Positions 34,098 to 49,300 of a stretch of DNA of 64,000 nucleotides are shown here, piece after piece (the stretch's first letter is position 1; each line of letters starts with the position of its first letter). The position numbers and the translations under genes were made by a program. Under the pieces are notes generated by a model that was not told the DNA's origin, made no database searches, and was given only the letters and a program-made list of their open reading frames with translations. Origin of the DNA: Podarcis gaigeae (taxonomy: Eukaryota); the NCBI GenBank assembly GCA_964106915.2, contig OZ066917.1. One strand, written 5' to 3'.

Positions 34098-37000
34098 TGC
34101 TTCTTATTCCCCGTGAAGAACTTTTCAACACAGCACATGTGAGCAGGAAAAACTAACGTCCTCCGCATTATCAAACCTGGGTATGTTTCTGATGATAACA
34201 CGCCAGAGCCAAAAAGTTTCTATTGTTCCCGTGTCCCATATCCTGTGCCCCTGAAACAGGACGATAGACTGGAATGCTTCAAAACAAAAACAAAAAATAG
34301 ATTTCAAGTGAGCGCTTGGAAAAATCAATACGTAAAAGTTGAGAAGTCCCAGTTTTATCAGCGTTCAGGAAATGCAAAGTCTCGTTCGAGGGTTGTGCAA
34401 AGAAAGGCTGGATTTTCCAGTTTGGTAAGCCTGCCTTCTGCAGACACAAGCAGGTAATATAACCTGAGGCAGCCCAGCCCTTGCTGGAGTGACAAATAAA
34501 AGCTCATGCTTGTACAAGAATGAAACTAGATCCTTGACAGGGATGGCCTTATTAGATATCAAAGAACGCTAGCACAAAAAACCGTGATTGTAGGTGAGAG
34601 CTGGAAAAATTCAAATTATATACAAAGCTTCTTTTGTCTGACAGTGGCTAATTGCTAGACTAATAACTACATATATCTAGATAATAATCTTGCCTAAAGG
34701 ACCCCAGGAGAACCCTGGCATTTTCAAAGAACATTCGATCATTAATTCCTTGAAGGAATTTTGTAAATATAGACTTGGACCTACTAAGCCAACTGGGAAA
34801 GAATGAAATATAATATTAAGACTGAACTCGTATGCAGACTTATTTGAGTCGCATCAAACATGATGGCACTTACAGTACCTCTGAATAAACAAATGCAGAA
34901 TTGTAACATTAGAGTACTGTTGCAAGGGTTCATAGCACAATATTCTGCATGTCTACTTAGAAGTAAGCCCCATTGACTTCAGTGGGATTTATTCCTGGGT
35001 AAGTGAGTTTATTATTGCAACTTTAGTGTCTGTTTCTTACTATTGAGATATCACACTTGGCTTCCATGGCTGTAAAGTCATGTCACCTGAGACTATAGTT
35101 ATGCATCTTCAACTTCACAGTGACTAGTTCAAGCTAAACTTAAAGCATGTCCACCCAGCAGTAAATAAATAAAATAATAATAATAATAATTTGTACCCCG
35201 CCCATCTGGCTGGGCTTCCCCAGCCACTCTGGGCGGCTTCCAACAAAGATTAAAAATACATTAAAATGTCACATATTAAAACCTTCCCTGATGTCTGTAA
35301 GTGCCATCATATTTTATGTGACTCAAATAAGTCTGCGTAGGAGTTCAGCCTTAATATTATAATCGTGCTCCAGGGGCACGGCAGTAGCAGGAGGCCATGG
35401 CATGATTTCTGTTCTCATCCTGAAGCAAAGTTCTTAATCCAAGGTAATATTTCTGGGTTAGCGGAGTCTGTAACCTGAAGCATATGTAACCTGAAGCATA
35501 TGTAACCTGAGGTACCACTGTAATCACAATAGTGCAATCAGAAATATGTATGTGATTGCACTATACCCTTCCTTTTATCTTGATCGTTTCAGGTGGCCTT
35601 TTCCAGAGGTCCTGTGAGAATGAATACGATCACCGCTCACTCGGATCACTGGTGAATTTGCAACCAGCTTTCTGAGAAACATTAGACATCCCATGGCAGG
35701 TGTAGCATTGACCTAAGTGCATTTGTGTTTGTTCTCACCATGCACTTGGTGGACCCCCCCAAAATGAACAGTGATGTTAACCAGTCCTTTCATGTAATGA
35801 ATATGAGTCACTTTTTGCTCATTTTATATTGCAATCCAAATGAGCACATTTTATTTACACAACTCATGGTAAATAGTTTCCTGCTCCCACAAAAGCCCCA
35901 GTTTGAAAATGACAACACTACTCTTTAAGCTGAATAGGAAACACGGAGTTTAAATTCTGTCATAGCCATTTAAAATAAACCCAGTAAGAAATGTCATATA
36001 CAACAGGTTTCTGTTTTGTTTTTGCTTTTTACCAAAATTAGTTTTAATTCCAATTCCTCCAAAGGGCTTAAAGTTTTACAGCTTTAAAAGCCCTGTGGGG
36101 ATCTTTGGGAACACATCTGTAGTTTCAAAACAACAGCAACCACTACCACCTGTGGAGCAAATGCAGACTTTGGAATTTGAAAGAGCTGGATAACATTTTA
36201 TTCATTACATAATTTATTTCTTTTAGATTCCTGACTGATGCTATTCTCTGAGGTTCAGACTCAGAAGGAATGAAACATGGTGTGTATAGAAAACAAATAG
36301 AACTATGACATAGTTGCTGTTGATGTGGATGTTCATGCTATTTCCTCCAGAAACTGTTACCAACTCTGGGCATTTGCAGAATGGATTGAACTAAAACACA
36401 CGCACACACAAATACAAAAAGGCATTGTTATAGGGAAATATGCTTCGTAGAAATGTGTATATTAGCTAAAAATGTACACAGTTTAAGCTGTAGCCCTATA
36501 CATACTTATCCAAGAGAACTCAATGGGATTTACTTCTGAGTAAATGTGAGTAAGATTACATTGTTGGTCCTTTTTTGCATAATATACTTAAGTCACTTTT
36601 CTGCATCCTTGGCTTTCATCTAAACAAGAAAAGTCTTGCATCTCTTCCCAGAAGATTCTCGGGCTTTGTCAGACAAATCTAGATTCTGATACAGTGGTAT
36701 TTTCACATGGAAAGCACCTTCCATGACTCAGGTTAATTACCCAAGTTCACAACACACAATATTGTGTGGGTGGGTTGTGTTCAACTAAGTTCTATTCAGA
36801 GTAGGTTCATTGAAATTCTTGTTTCTTTCAGTGGGCCCACTCTGAGTACCACTGACTTTGGCCAGAACACTGTGTGAGCGTACATGTGAGTTTATAGTAA
36901 TGAGCTGTGCAGATGTAACACTACCTAGGGCATCAAAGCTGTACTATATTGAATTAGACAAAATAGGTCAAGTTAAGCAAAAGGGGAAATTGACAAAACA

Positions 37001-40000
37001 CAAGGATATTTTAAAAAATAAAAAAAGCATTTGTCATCACATTTATTTGAGTATACATGTAAAGGAAGAATCTAAATGCATACCTTAAGTTTATGCAGTC
37101 CAGCAGCCTGAAATTCTGAATTCACTTTGAAGCTGCAATCTTTTAATGTGTGCCTGGAACCCATTATCTTTCCAACAGAATTTTCTCTTGTTTTCTTTTA
37201 ATGTTTAGTCCCTTTCACTCTCCATTGGTTCTTTCTTAACCAGACAGGGGAGAATGTGGGAATATTATGTGTTATTGCTCAGGAGGTGAAACTGCAGATG
37301 AATCATTAACTGTGCTAGTGGGTTGCTTCACTTTTCCACATAACCCGGATGTCCAGAGTTCATTCACAGTTCTTTAGCTTCAGTATAACTTAGTATATCG
37401 CTCTGTTATTTGTTTATCTGTTTATTGCTATGTTACGGCTCTACATTTTTCGTACTCACCACTTCCTGAGCAGAAGGAAGTTGCAGTGGCAGGTGTTTAC
37501 AAGGTTAATGTTGACAAGTCATGTAGTGCTCCTGTAATGCTTGATGTTGGTTATTTTATTTTATTTTAACAAGTTGAGTGTAGAGGAACAAGCAGATTCT
37601 TAGGCAGCCTGTATAACATGGTCAAGTAACCTTTGACCCTCCGAAAGCTAGAATGGATGTGAATCCAACAGTATATGGAAGACCACAGATTAGCCATACT
37701 TATTGTATAAGTACTTATTGTATAAGCCCTTTGAATTCCCTAAAGTTACTTCCATCTCAAAAAAAATCAGACTGTTTCTCTTTCATTAGCCCCATCACCA
37801 AATGAAAAACTGTTTTTTCCAACACCAACCTTGGAAGATAGGTAGGGCATGTGTTCATTTGGAAACATTGACTGTTCAACTGTTTAGAGGTGCTTTTGAA
37901 ATCACTGCTGTCCATGGGAGTTCCGGTGGCCTCCATGGTGAAGAGCACCTACCCCCAGCTTTGGCTGGTGTGTCAACTGTGTCATTTCCCAGTCAGGAAT
38001 AATGTAGTCACTGTGGCACATGTGTTGGTGTCTTTAGGTTTAGTCTATTGCAATGTGTTCTATGTGGGGCTTCCCTTTTGCCTGGGGCAGACTGTGGCTG
38101 GTGCAGAATAATGAAGCCCAGGTGGTGCATGTCACACACCATTGCTGAAGGATCTCCACTGGCTGCCTATTAAAACCAAACCACTTTAAAAATTACTAGC
38201 ATTTAAAGCAACTTTGCAACAGGGTTACCCGAAAGACCAGCAAAGACCACCCCACCTCTCACCTTCCACTCTCCAACATAGTTACAGTGCCCCCTAGGCT
38301 CCATGTCTTAAATCCACCTCTACTTGCAAAGTTGCTGAGGTGTAAGAGTGGGCAGTTGCCTCTTGGCATATTCAGTATCATTCAAAGCACACACAACCTG
38401 AAGAACTACCCACCCTTAAAGGAAAGGACAGGACTACTAGCCATGATGGCTATTCTCTGCCTCCACCATCAGAGACAGTATACTTCTAAATATAAGTTGC
38501 TGGAAACCACCAGGCAGGAGAGTGCTCTTGTACTCAGATCCTGCTTCAAGGTTTCCCGCAGTCCTTCAGTTGGTCACTGTGAGAACCATATGCTGAACTA
38601 GATGGACCTTTGTCCCGCTCCAGCAAGGCTCTTATGTTCTGAAGTGTGTGTACATTGCTTTGCATTCTGTGGTGAAAGAAAGGCAGGTTATAGATAAACA
38701 TTTACAGCCACAGTCCTCTGGTGAAGTCCTTTTGCTTTTATTTTCTCTTGCTTTGCTTCTCAATCTCCCCTGCTTTTGTGTATAAGGCTCCCAGGTCGTT
38801 TCCTCTCCAGGAACTGACCACATTCAGACCTACTTATCTTCAACAAGCTTGCTGCCTCCTATGCCTTCAAATCATGGAATATATCACACTGGCATTCTAA
38901 GAGCTACTGGTGATTTAGATTACATTTGCCAGGCCAGAAGCTGTGCTTTACATACAAAATTAAAAAGAGGGAACTTAAATACAAGGTGTCATGTGAATAG
39001 TCTCAGTGAAATGAAAGTGATTCTAAATGCTAGCAGGAAGGACATAGTTTGATTGTACAAAAGGAACTTGACAAAACAAGGATGCTGCACAGACTTTTCA
39101 CTCAAACTGATGGAACAATCTCTTTGGCTTAGCTTGTTACACAGTTAGCTAAAGGTCCTATACAATTCATTGTCTAACCTAACACTCATATTACCAGGAG
39201 TTGATGATGGGTGGGTGAATAGATGGTTAAAAAGTCCACTGAGAAGAGCAAAATAGTATCAGGAATTCTGAAAGAGTGAAGAATCTTGTGGCACCTTGAA
39301 GACCAACCATTTTACTATGGTATAAACATTTGTAGGCTAACAGCCCACTTCTTCACTGTATCAAAATGTTAGCCTAGGTAACAGGTGTAAATCCACAGTG
39401 GCTTCGGAAGAAAATGAAATGTAGGAAGAACAGACAGTGGTAACTTATTAAAATAACTCATCACTGTATTTCTGCATTTCATTTACCTTTGGCCTCACTG
39501 TTTATAATCCCTTTCTTCTTCCAACAATTAGTATCTATAGACCTGTAACTCAGGATAACACTTCATGTATCTGATGAAGTGGGATATTATCTGTGAAACT
39601 TTATACTTGTTAGCCTTTAAAATGCTGCAAGGGTTTTTGACGTTTTTACTGCAGCCAACCAACACAACCACCTTCTGGAAACTGACAGAGAAGGGAAATT
39701 GAAGCTTCATAAGTCTCTAAAAACCCATCCCCAAAATTAAAGCATCCTTTATTTTCAGCATATTTGGTATCTTCCAAAGGTCTTCATACATCTCAGAAAT
39801 GGACAATTTTTGTTGTCAGGGAAGAAGAAAGCCTGCATGCCTCTTAACAGCAAATCATCAAAAGCAAGATCAAAGCTAATGCAAAGCAGAAGCTGCATCA
39901 AAATACTTGCAGGCAGATAGTGATCAAATGTGCTACTCCATTTACCCATCCCTGTTGATGGAACACCAAGAAAATCAACAAAGACAGTGAAACAAACCTT

Positions 40001-40189
40001 GTGGTTGCGTTCATATTGCCCTTTGCAGTGGGAAACATTCACTGATTTTTGCCTGCTAAAATTTTATATACATTCCACATGCCCATACAAAATATATCTG
40101 TAATGTCTCTCCTTTATCATAGTATAAATCCTGTTTGGTTCATCAATAAGAATGTGCGCATACTTTTGGCTTTCTCCAGAACTCATCTG

Positions 40190-40348
40190 TCATTTTGTGT
40201 ATTGACGAATCCAGTCATAAAGTGTTGTGATCTTGGTGTAAACGCCAGGGCGATTCCGTCGAGCACATCCTTCACCCCAGCTGACAATGCCTGTAAGGTA
40301 CCATCTGTTTCCTCTTCCTAAACAGGCTAATGGACCCCCAGAGTCACC
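40190..40348 (-). CDS. TTSP exon 18 (catalytic Ser, stop)
   Basis: [52 protein letters not shown]; AATAAA on the - strand at 39748-39753. Confidence 0.95.
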   Translation of the reverse strand, partial: GDSGGPLACLGRGNRWYLTGIVSWGEGCARRNRPGVYTKITTLYDWIRQYTK

Positions 40349-43300
40349 CTAAAAGGAAGGACAGAAGCCTCACTTTTTGCTTCATTGCATAACTAATGCA
40401 TATTTGCAGTTAGGATTGTGATATGATACACACTTTCACATTTGTGCTGTTTTATCAATTCTTATACAGTCATTTCCAAAACCCATAAGTCACCATGTGT
40501 AATTGTGGTCTGACGATATATTGTCTATCAGGTTCACATGGTGTTAGATGATACTTGTTGCCTGATGGGTGTGACTGGTTAAATGAATGCTTGAACTCCT
40601 GTGATTAGTGTTGTTGTTAACACTGTTTGGCACAATGTGTCTGATTCCCAACTAACATACTACTGCAGTCTAGACAACATGCTTTTACAGGTACACGACT
40701 TGAGCCAGGATTGGGAAGAGAGTCACCATGAGGAAGCCTGCTTCCACATAGCCTTAGAGATCCAGGAGATTCAGTTAATATGTAGGTGTGTGTTGCATGT
40801 GCCTCAGATATTATTTTATTTTACTCCAACATCAAAGGCAGAAAGGAATGAGGTTGAGGTTGATATGGCTCAAGAAGGCATATGTCAGTACAAATTGGTA
40901 CTCATTTAGGATTCAAATGCAAGTATTCTTGAAATTAAAAGTTAAGAACATAATATTTAAAGAATCTTTAATGGACACGTCAGATAATTTTCTAGTCATG
41001 CTTGGAGTAGGCCCATTGAAATCAGTGGGACTTAAGTTAGTTGCTACTAACTTACTCCCATTGATATCATTGTGGTTACGTTTATTTAAAAAACTTCTAT
41101 CCTACCTAATTTTCAAAATAAACTCAGTGGGTCTACTCTGACTAAGTCTGGATCCAACCCAGAGATGTCTAATGTCTTTTTTTCTATGGGAATAAGAAAA
41201 CATTCCTGGAAAAAATAATTTTGAAAGGACTGATGTACAAATCAGTGTCACTTTTCACAATCATTTTCCACTTTACCTGACATGCGTCAATGCCACCATT
41301 AAGGTTCCCAGCACACAGCATCCGAGAAGTAATCAGATCGTCATAAAGCTTGTTGCAAACACTCTGATCAATTATTTTCACCTTCGCTTCTTGCAGTGTT
41401 TTTGCAAGTTCACCTACAACAACAGAAACATTGTATGGGTTAAGCATGATGGTTCTGATTGCAAAGTGAGAGGTAAAAAAAATAATAATCAAGATCTTCC
41501 TTAGATCTTTTAACTTTTCCTTGCCTATATGTTCCCAGAATAAAAAACGATTGGCACAGCACATGGTGAATTAAACTGAATAAAGGTTAATCTAATTGAA
41601 CATTTCCAAATCTAAGCATATTACCTTCCTAGTGGCTTCTTAAGTTTACTATCCTCTAAGAATAAACTAAAATTAAAGAGTTCCATCATTTGTCACTGAG
41701 GATATGTATTTATAATTGCCACAAGTGATATCCAATTGAGCTAGGCCATATACCTTAAGTTATTTATTTATTACATTCATTATACTCCACTTTTTAGCCA
41801 AGGATGGATCCCAAAGTGGCTCACATTTACAATCCACAAAAAGGTACAATATATTAGGATGCCTGGCATTTGCAATAAACATATCCAGAAATGAACATAC
41901 TATTTTCTTTTACGGCTCCCCAGCCAGTTACATAGCAGACAGTTCCATAAATTAATAGTCTACGACTGCTTGGTAAACATATGGGCTGTACCAGCTCATT
42001 GAAGAATACTGGTGACTCCATTTCCAACAGGGCAATGTCATAGTCTGAGATATATTGGTCATAATGTGGGTGAACAATGATCCTTTTGATCGATCTCATC
42101 GCTACGTGATTATCATTATTTCTGTTAATGACCTTTATACCCATATATGCTGTCCAGCCAGATGCTATAGAGTATCTGAAAAACAACAAAACGTGCAGTT
42201 TTCCATGTGCTCTTCTTATACGGGTCTCATTCATTTGAATGGGAATTGCATAATTTATTCATTTTATTATTTGTATTTATAGCTCAGCCTTCACCAAATT
42301 GCTCAGAAGGCAGGTTACTAAAAAAACCAAAATAAACCACCGCCCAAAAACTCCACATAAAACACATACAAGTTCTAATAAAATAAAACAACAAAACTAA
42401 GAAAATAACCAAAGCGGGCAACAGCACAGTTCACCAATCCAGCAGGAAGGAAGACTCCATTCAGCCCAAGGCCTAGATCTTGATTAATCATTTTTTTTAA
42501 AAAAAAACCTCAAGCTATCACAAAATACACTTTTGGGGAGGGGTCATTCCACAACCTAGGTCATAGAAGGCAAATCTTGTGGTTACTGTACGCCCCTAGT
42601 GATTATTTATCAGTAATGAATGCTTCACATTATATAATGCATACCTTATCGAATCGGAGTCCTGAAAGCAATGGGCAGCAGATACCAGCCAACTATTTGA
42701 AATAATAGATGCACCACATATATGGCCATATGTTTTTAGCTGCAAGCTGGCTTGCCAAGGCCACTTTCCATACTTTGCATCTTCACCACCAACAATTCTG
42801 GGTCTTTTTACCTGACTCCTTCCACATGCTAATAAAAAAATGAAATACATATGGAGGTTATGTATGTAAAAACAAAATACTCTACCAGTCATGCACTGCA
42901 ATCCTGAACAGACTTTCTAGGGCACAAGTCCCATTTAGTTTAACTAGATTTTCTTTGGTAAATCTGCTTAGATTTGCATTGTAGAAGTGCAATTGCACAT
43001 ACATGGACAAAAGACCTACTAAGTATATTGGGACATCTCTCTTTCATGTAAAGGGTTTGTGACAGGGTTAGGTTCCTGAAGCCTTCCAGATGTTGACTTC
43101 TTACTTCTGTCACTTCCAGCCAGCATGGTCAATGGTCAAGGATGATGGGCAGATGGCATTGAGGCAGCATGACTGATTTTGACACACTACGCCCAGAGCC
43201 TAGGGGGTGTCACAGGGCAGCACAAGTAGGATGTAGTGAATTGAGCAGAATGGAAGATGAGAGGCAGGGAGAACTAAATATTCACCTCACACAGGGCACC

Positions 43301-46300
43301 GCTTGAAGTCTGCCCCTGCAATGGGAGTGGTTGTTCAGCAACATCTGGAAACCCAGAAGTTATCCACTCCTTATTGAGGAACTAGCTTTATAAATTTTTA
43401 TTTTTTTATTTATACCCTGCCCATCTGGCTGGGTTTCCCCAGCCACCCTGGGTGGCTCCCAACAGAGGACTAAAAACAGAATAAAACTTTAAACATTAAA
43501 AACTTCCATAATCAGGGCTGCCTTCAGATGTCTTTGAAAAGTCTGATAGTTGTTTATTTCCTTGACATCTGATGGGAGGGCGTTCTGCAGGGTGGGCACC
43601 ACTACTGAGAAGGCCCTGTGCGTGGTTCCCTATAACCTCACTTCTCGCAGGGAGGGAACCGTCAGAAGGCCCTCGGCACTGGACCTCAGTGTCCGGGCTG
43701 AATGAAGGGGGTGGAGATGCTCCTTCAGGTATACTGGGCCAAGGCCGTTTAGGGCTTTAATGGTCAGCACCAACACTTTGAATTGTGCTCGGAAACATAA
43801 TGGGGGCCAATGTAGGTCTTTAAGGATAAACCCTAATTCAGAGCCATGTGTGACTTGCAGTGGATGCAACGCTCTCACACTTTGCCGATTCTTACTTCAG
43901 CAGAGAAATCACACATGTCAACATATCCCTTTGAACACATAGAGCTACTCCTTCTAATTAAATTATGAGAAATGTTATGACAACTCCTAGAGCTCCTTTC
44001 CCCCATCAATGCAGGGGATTTCTCCTGTGCCTTCAATGTATCATTGGAGCAAGGCACTGGTTTTTTATTTCAGATAAAGTTTTCCTGTTCAATTGATTTG
44101 AAATAAGGTTATTTGGTCGTGGTAGCTGGGGCTGATGGGAAATGCAGTCCAAGAACATTTCAAAGGCACTATGTTGGCTATCTCTGATGTAAGGCCTCTG
44201 TGAATGATGAGAACCTCAGTATAATGGTCAGGGAGGAGATGTAGGGAAGTACACACGTTGTGGTAGAGCTTGTGGCCTGTAGAAGAGATTGATAGCAACT
44301 GGAGTGAGACATGGTAATGGCACCCTTTCTTCTTCTCAATCTCCCTAAACTACAACCCTTAGGAATTACTATATGAGAACCTCTTCTCCTTACTGTATTG
44401 GACAGATTTTGTGCTCCAGTGTAGGCCTGGGCCATCAAGACAGAGCATAGAGCAAAGAGATAATATAGCAGCTATGTCACTGATGAAAAAGTACCATATT
44501 CCTAGATAATGGGTACCTAGGAGCTCCATGTGCACATTAGTGTGTACATAGTCCTGATCTGAAATACACAGACACATTTCAGCTCACTTCATTGTTCACT
44601 CATTATTGACTTACCACAGTTCATTTCATCAGATCCATCTGCACAGTCTCTTATGCCATCACACTCTGGGTTTTGCTTTATTGGACACTTTCCATTTAGA
44701 CATTTATATGCATGCTGTGAGCAGCTTCTATAGGCTGAAAGAATACAGTGACAGATGAGAAACATAGCAATGATGCATTTCATGGTGCTGCCTCATAGGT
44801 CATGCAGCATAATTAAAGCAATGCATTTTCTAAAAATACATAGAATCACAAAGCTGTAGAGTTGGAAGGGACAATGACAGTCATCTAGTCCAACTCCCTG
44901 CAATGCTGGAATCTTTTGCCCAACGTGGAACTGAAACGCACATTCCTGAGATTAAGAGTCTCAGGCTCTACTGACTGAGCTAAATGTATAATTTCATAGG
45001 TGTCTTGGCAATATGTTCGATAACCTAGACCAGGGCTATCCAACATGGTGCTCTCCAGATGTTGTTGAAACTTCAACTTCCATTATCTATTAGCATTGGC
45101 CATGCTGTCTGAGGTTGTCTGAAGTTGCATCTGTTTTCTATCCTTGACTTCCACATGCCAAAAGTTCCATTTTGCCACTGGAAAAGCTGTTTAATGTAAA
45201 GATATTCAGATCTGATTCTGAAACCTTGTGCCCAGTAAACAACGCACACTTCTGTGTGCGCACAGTCTGTTGTGTGGCTAAAGTGCACAGGGGAGCTAGT
45301 TTTCTTTTTAAAAAGGTTTTGGCAAGAATTTTCTGCTTGGCAATTGTTTGCCCTTACGTAAACTTTTTGAATAAGTAAAACAACAGTTCACAATGTTTAA
45401 ACTTTTCCCCATTTGCAGAACACGTTCTTCAGTATTCTTGAGATACTACTCTCAGGCAGTCACTATTTCATTGCTTTCACTGCCATGTCTAAAAGATGTT
45501 TTGTGCTTATCCTGGACAAAATGTCTTATTGTGGAGATTTAAAAAACAGACTGTTAAAAAACATCCTTGCAACATCTTTGGGTACTCATGCATTTAATAA
45601 TTTTAAAAGTATGAATATTAGTCTTCAGAAAAAGCACACAAATGGGGTTTTTTCCTGTGTGGTAGGAACAAATATAATGTATGTTTTAGACATATTGCAT
45701 TAAACAAGCATAAGATAAATCAGAAAGAGCTGTCAGGAAGGGGCAGTGCACTGCACCTGGCATCCCATCAGTGGCATTCTTAGTGCTTACTGAGAGAGGG
45801 AGGGATGCAGCAGCAGAGAGGTCAACATTGTGCAGATGCACCAGTGAGAGCACTGGATTAGCTCTGCTAGTGTGCCTGAGCTACCAACCTCACCCCTGCC
45901 TTGCTCCTCCCCCTCTTTCTCCCATAAACACTAGTGAGACCACTGATGGTAGACCAGATGGGTGGCAGCATCCCTCCCTGCCAACTGTTCCTGCAACAAA
46001 TAAGAGCATGGTGCATATCAACATAACCATGAGAAAATGATGCAAGAACGCCCTACATTGCTGGCATTTTCGTAATTCCCAGTCTAAAATTTGTTTATGT
46101 TGTTCTTACCACAATTGTCTTCCTCCTCATCACTCTCACTTTCACAGCTGCCATCTCCTTTACAAGGCCTGGAATGGTGTTTACACTTCCCATTACCACA
46201 ATTAGACTTCACGGGATTGCAGCCTAGGGAAGAATTTTATCATCAAGACTGTGGTGTTTCATTCAACAGCAGATGTCCCCAGAAAGCACATATCCACTGC

Positions 46301-49300
46301 CGTTGCTTCTTTTAAGATGAACCCTGGGAATTGTTGACAACCTTAGAATTCAGTTAGAAAGACCTAGTCCCACCTGAAACAAGTCCAAATCCTGGACTGA
46401 AAACTAGGAAGTACTATTAAACCAATATGAAATGAGAATATGTCCCAATAAAACATGGTCTTCTCATGCAGTAGACCAGAGAAATTTACTTTCTTTAGCA
46501 TCACTACTGCTTAGTTTGCTATTCAAAGTTCTTTATATGAAATGAATCTCAATTCTTGACTGAGCTGTTAAAACACTTCACAAAATGAAAGGTATTTTTA
46601 ATAAACGAATGGGTTAGGGAAGGGTCTGATGACCTGTAATGATATTCAAGCTCTATATGCTTAATGGCTCTGATTTTATTTATTTATGTCATAAAATTTA
46701 TAAACTGTTTGATTGTTTAAAACTAACCAACCAATCAACCCTGCAAGCTGTTTTCTTTTCAGCCAATACCTTACCAAGCTATATTTACAATATTCTAATT
46801 AGCTCACGATGAACTCACCACAGTTTACCTCATCACTTCCATCGGCGCAGTCTTTCCATCCATCACATCTACTGTTTAAAGAGACACATGTTTTGTCGGA
46901 ACATTTAAATTGCCTAGGACAAGCTGAAAGAATTGAAAAATATCAGACTACCATAGGTAATCATGATGACAATGAGTCACAGAGTAAAATTCTGTACTGT
47001 TATGACAGCTGAGTAGGATAAGATTTGTCCCAAACCCGCTTTGGTGACAGGGGAAAACATATTAGAATAGCTATAACCTTGTACCAGAGGACCAAAGTCA
47101 AATGGCAATGGACATACCCCAGCAGAGGCTAGAAGTTCTGGCTAATTTTGCAGCCAATAGCAGCACTCTACCAGAAGCATATAAGCACTAACAAGGTAAC
47201 TGCAATCTTACAGTATCTCAGAGTCTGAGACAAGGGATCGTGTGGTGCCTGTTGCTGGACTACAGTTCCTATAAGCCCAGCTAACATCACCAATGGTCAG
47301 GGATGGTGACAGATTTCATGAATCCCATTTCCACTGCTTCAACTAGATACAGGGCATACACATTGATAGATCCAGGTAGGAATCCCATATCTCCAAGTGA
47401 GACTACTCTGACACCATCCATCTCTTAACCCAAGCAGAAGACAGCAAGGATTTTAGCTACAAAGTGTCCCACCTTTGTCTCTGCACCTAAAATATGTTCC
47501 AGCTAGACAATGTTTGGTGGCATGACCACTGACATGGAGTCACAGAAAGGTTATGAATGCTGGTGAGGTCCCTAGTTCAGACACCTTTGTTGGTGAATGC
47601 AGAGCACTCCACTGAACTTATTGGTATGGCTGGCCAAGCATTTATTATTTATCCTTCCCTGAAGGGTATGTTAGCACAAGGAACATAACAGTCATTGGAG
47701 ACAGAGTTTCAGTGCAATTTCTTATATGGGATGGATGACTAATGACTACACTATATTTTCAAACAGGTTTGTAACCCAATACAGACTTTCGGTCTGCCAC
47801 TAGGAGAGAGGGAGGTTGGTTGGGAATGGAATAGTATCTTGTTCATAACAGCCCTTTTTAAGTCATTCATCACACTGCCCATGTCTTTCTACAGTCAACC
47901 AAACAGTCCTCCATCACCCACAGAGATACCAACCCATTGAGATCCAGTGTGGTATACTGGCAGGGCAAAAAGCCCAGAATAAAATTTAAGATATTAACTG
48001 ATGCAAAAGACAGAGGGGGGTTTGCCCTGCTGGACTTAAAACTGTACTATGAATCGGCAGCTTTCTGCTGGTTGAAAGACTGGCTACTTCTTGAGAATAC
48101 AGACATTTTGGATTTGGAAGGTTTTGATAACAGATTTGGTTGGCATGCATATATATGGTATGACAAGGTAAAAACTCATAAAGGATTTAAAAACCATATT
48201 GTCAGGAAAGCACTATACAATGTTTGGATTCGATATAAGGACTTGTTGGAAAATAAAACCCCTAGGTGGCTGTCACCAATGGAAGCAAAGGAGATGAAAA
48301 AGCTTAATATGGAATCGAAATGGCCAAAATACTGTGAAACTTTAGAGCAAGAGAGTGGAACAATCAAATTGCAGAGTTATGAAAAAATGAAGTCTAAAGT
48401 ACGAGATTGGCTTCATTACCATCAAATAATGGAAGTGTTCAAACAAGACAGGAAAATTGGCTTCCAGGTGGAGAGATCAAAACTAGAAACAGAACTGTTA
48501 GAACCCAATACTAAGAATTTGTCAAGAATGTATAACCTGCTGTTGAAATGGAATACACTAGATGAGACAGTTAAATCAGCTATGATTAAGTGGGCACAAG
48601 ACATTGGTCATGATATTATGTTTGCTGACTGGGAACAGTTATGGACCACCGGTATAAAATTTACGGCATGTAATGCCTTAAGAGAAAATATTATGAAAAT
48701 GATTTACAGGTGGTACATGACCCCAGTCAAGCTTGCAAAAATTTATCATTTGCCCAATAATAAATGTTGGAAATGTAATGAGACTGAAGGTACCTTCTAC
48801 CACCTCTGGTGGACTTGCCCGAGGATTAAGGCCTTCTGGGAAATGATTTATAACGAAATTAAGAAGGTACTTAAATGTACTTTTCATAAGAAACCAGAGG
48901 CATTTCTCCTGGGCATAGTCGGCCAAGTGGTGTCTAAGAAGGATAGGATGTTTTTTATGTATGCCACCACAGCAGCAAGGATTCTTTTAGCAAAGTATTG
49001 GAAGACACAAGAACTACCCACATTGGAAGAATGGCAGACGAAGGTGATTGACTATATGGGACTTGCGGAGATGACCGGCAGAATCCGTGACCAAGAAAAA
49101 GAGACGGTGGAAGAAGATTGGAAGAAATTTAAAGTATATCTTAAGAACTGTTGTAAAATTAAAGAGTGCTAAAATGTCAAGGGAAAAGAAAATATTGAAT
49201 TATAGCTGTAATTGATTAAGTATGAGAAGAAGCTAAAAAAGAAAATAAGTAATTAGACAATTGGTGTGAGGAGTTGTTGAAAAAATCTCAAAACAGGGAT

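Noticed and set aside
44915-44985. tRNA-Lys gene on the - strand
   Set aside because: T-arm/B box is degenerate and it runs into a LINE-like tail; it is a SINE head
47937-49172. Host protein-coding gene (411-aa ORF)
   Set aside because: It is the L1 ORF2 C-terminus; the apparent start lies at the edge of the TSD, outside the element
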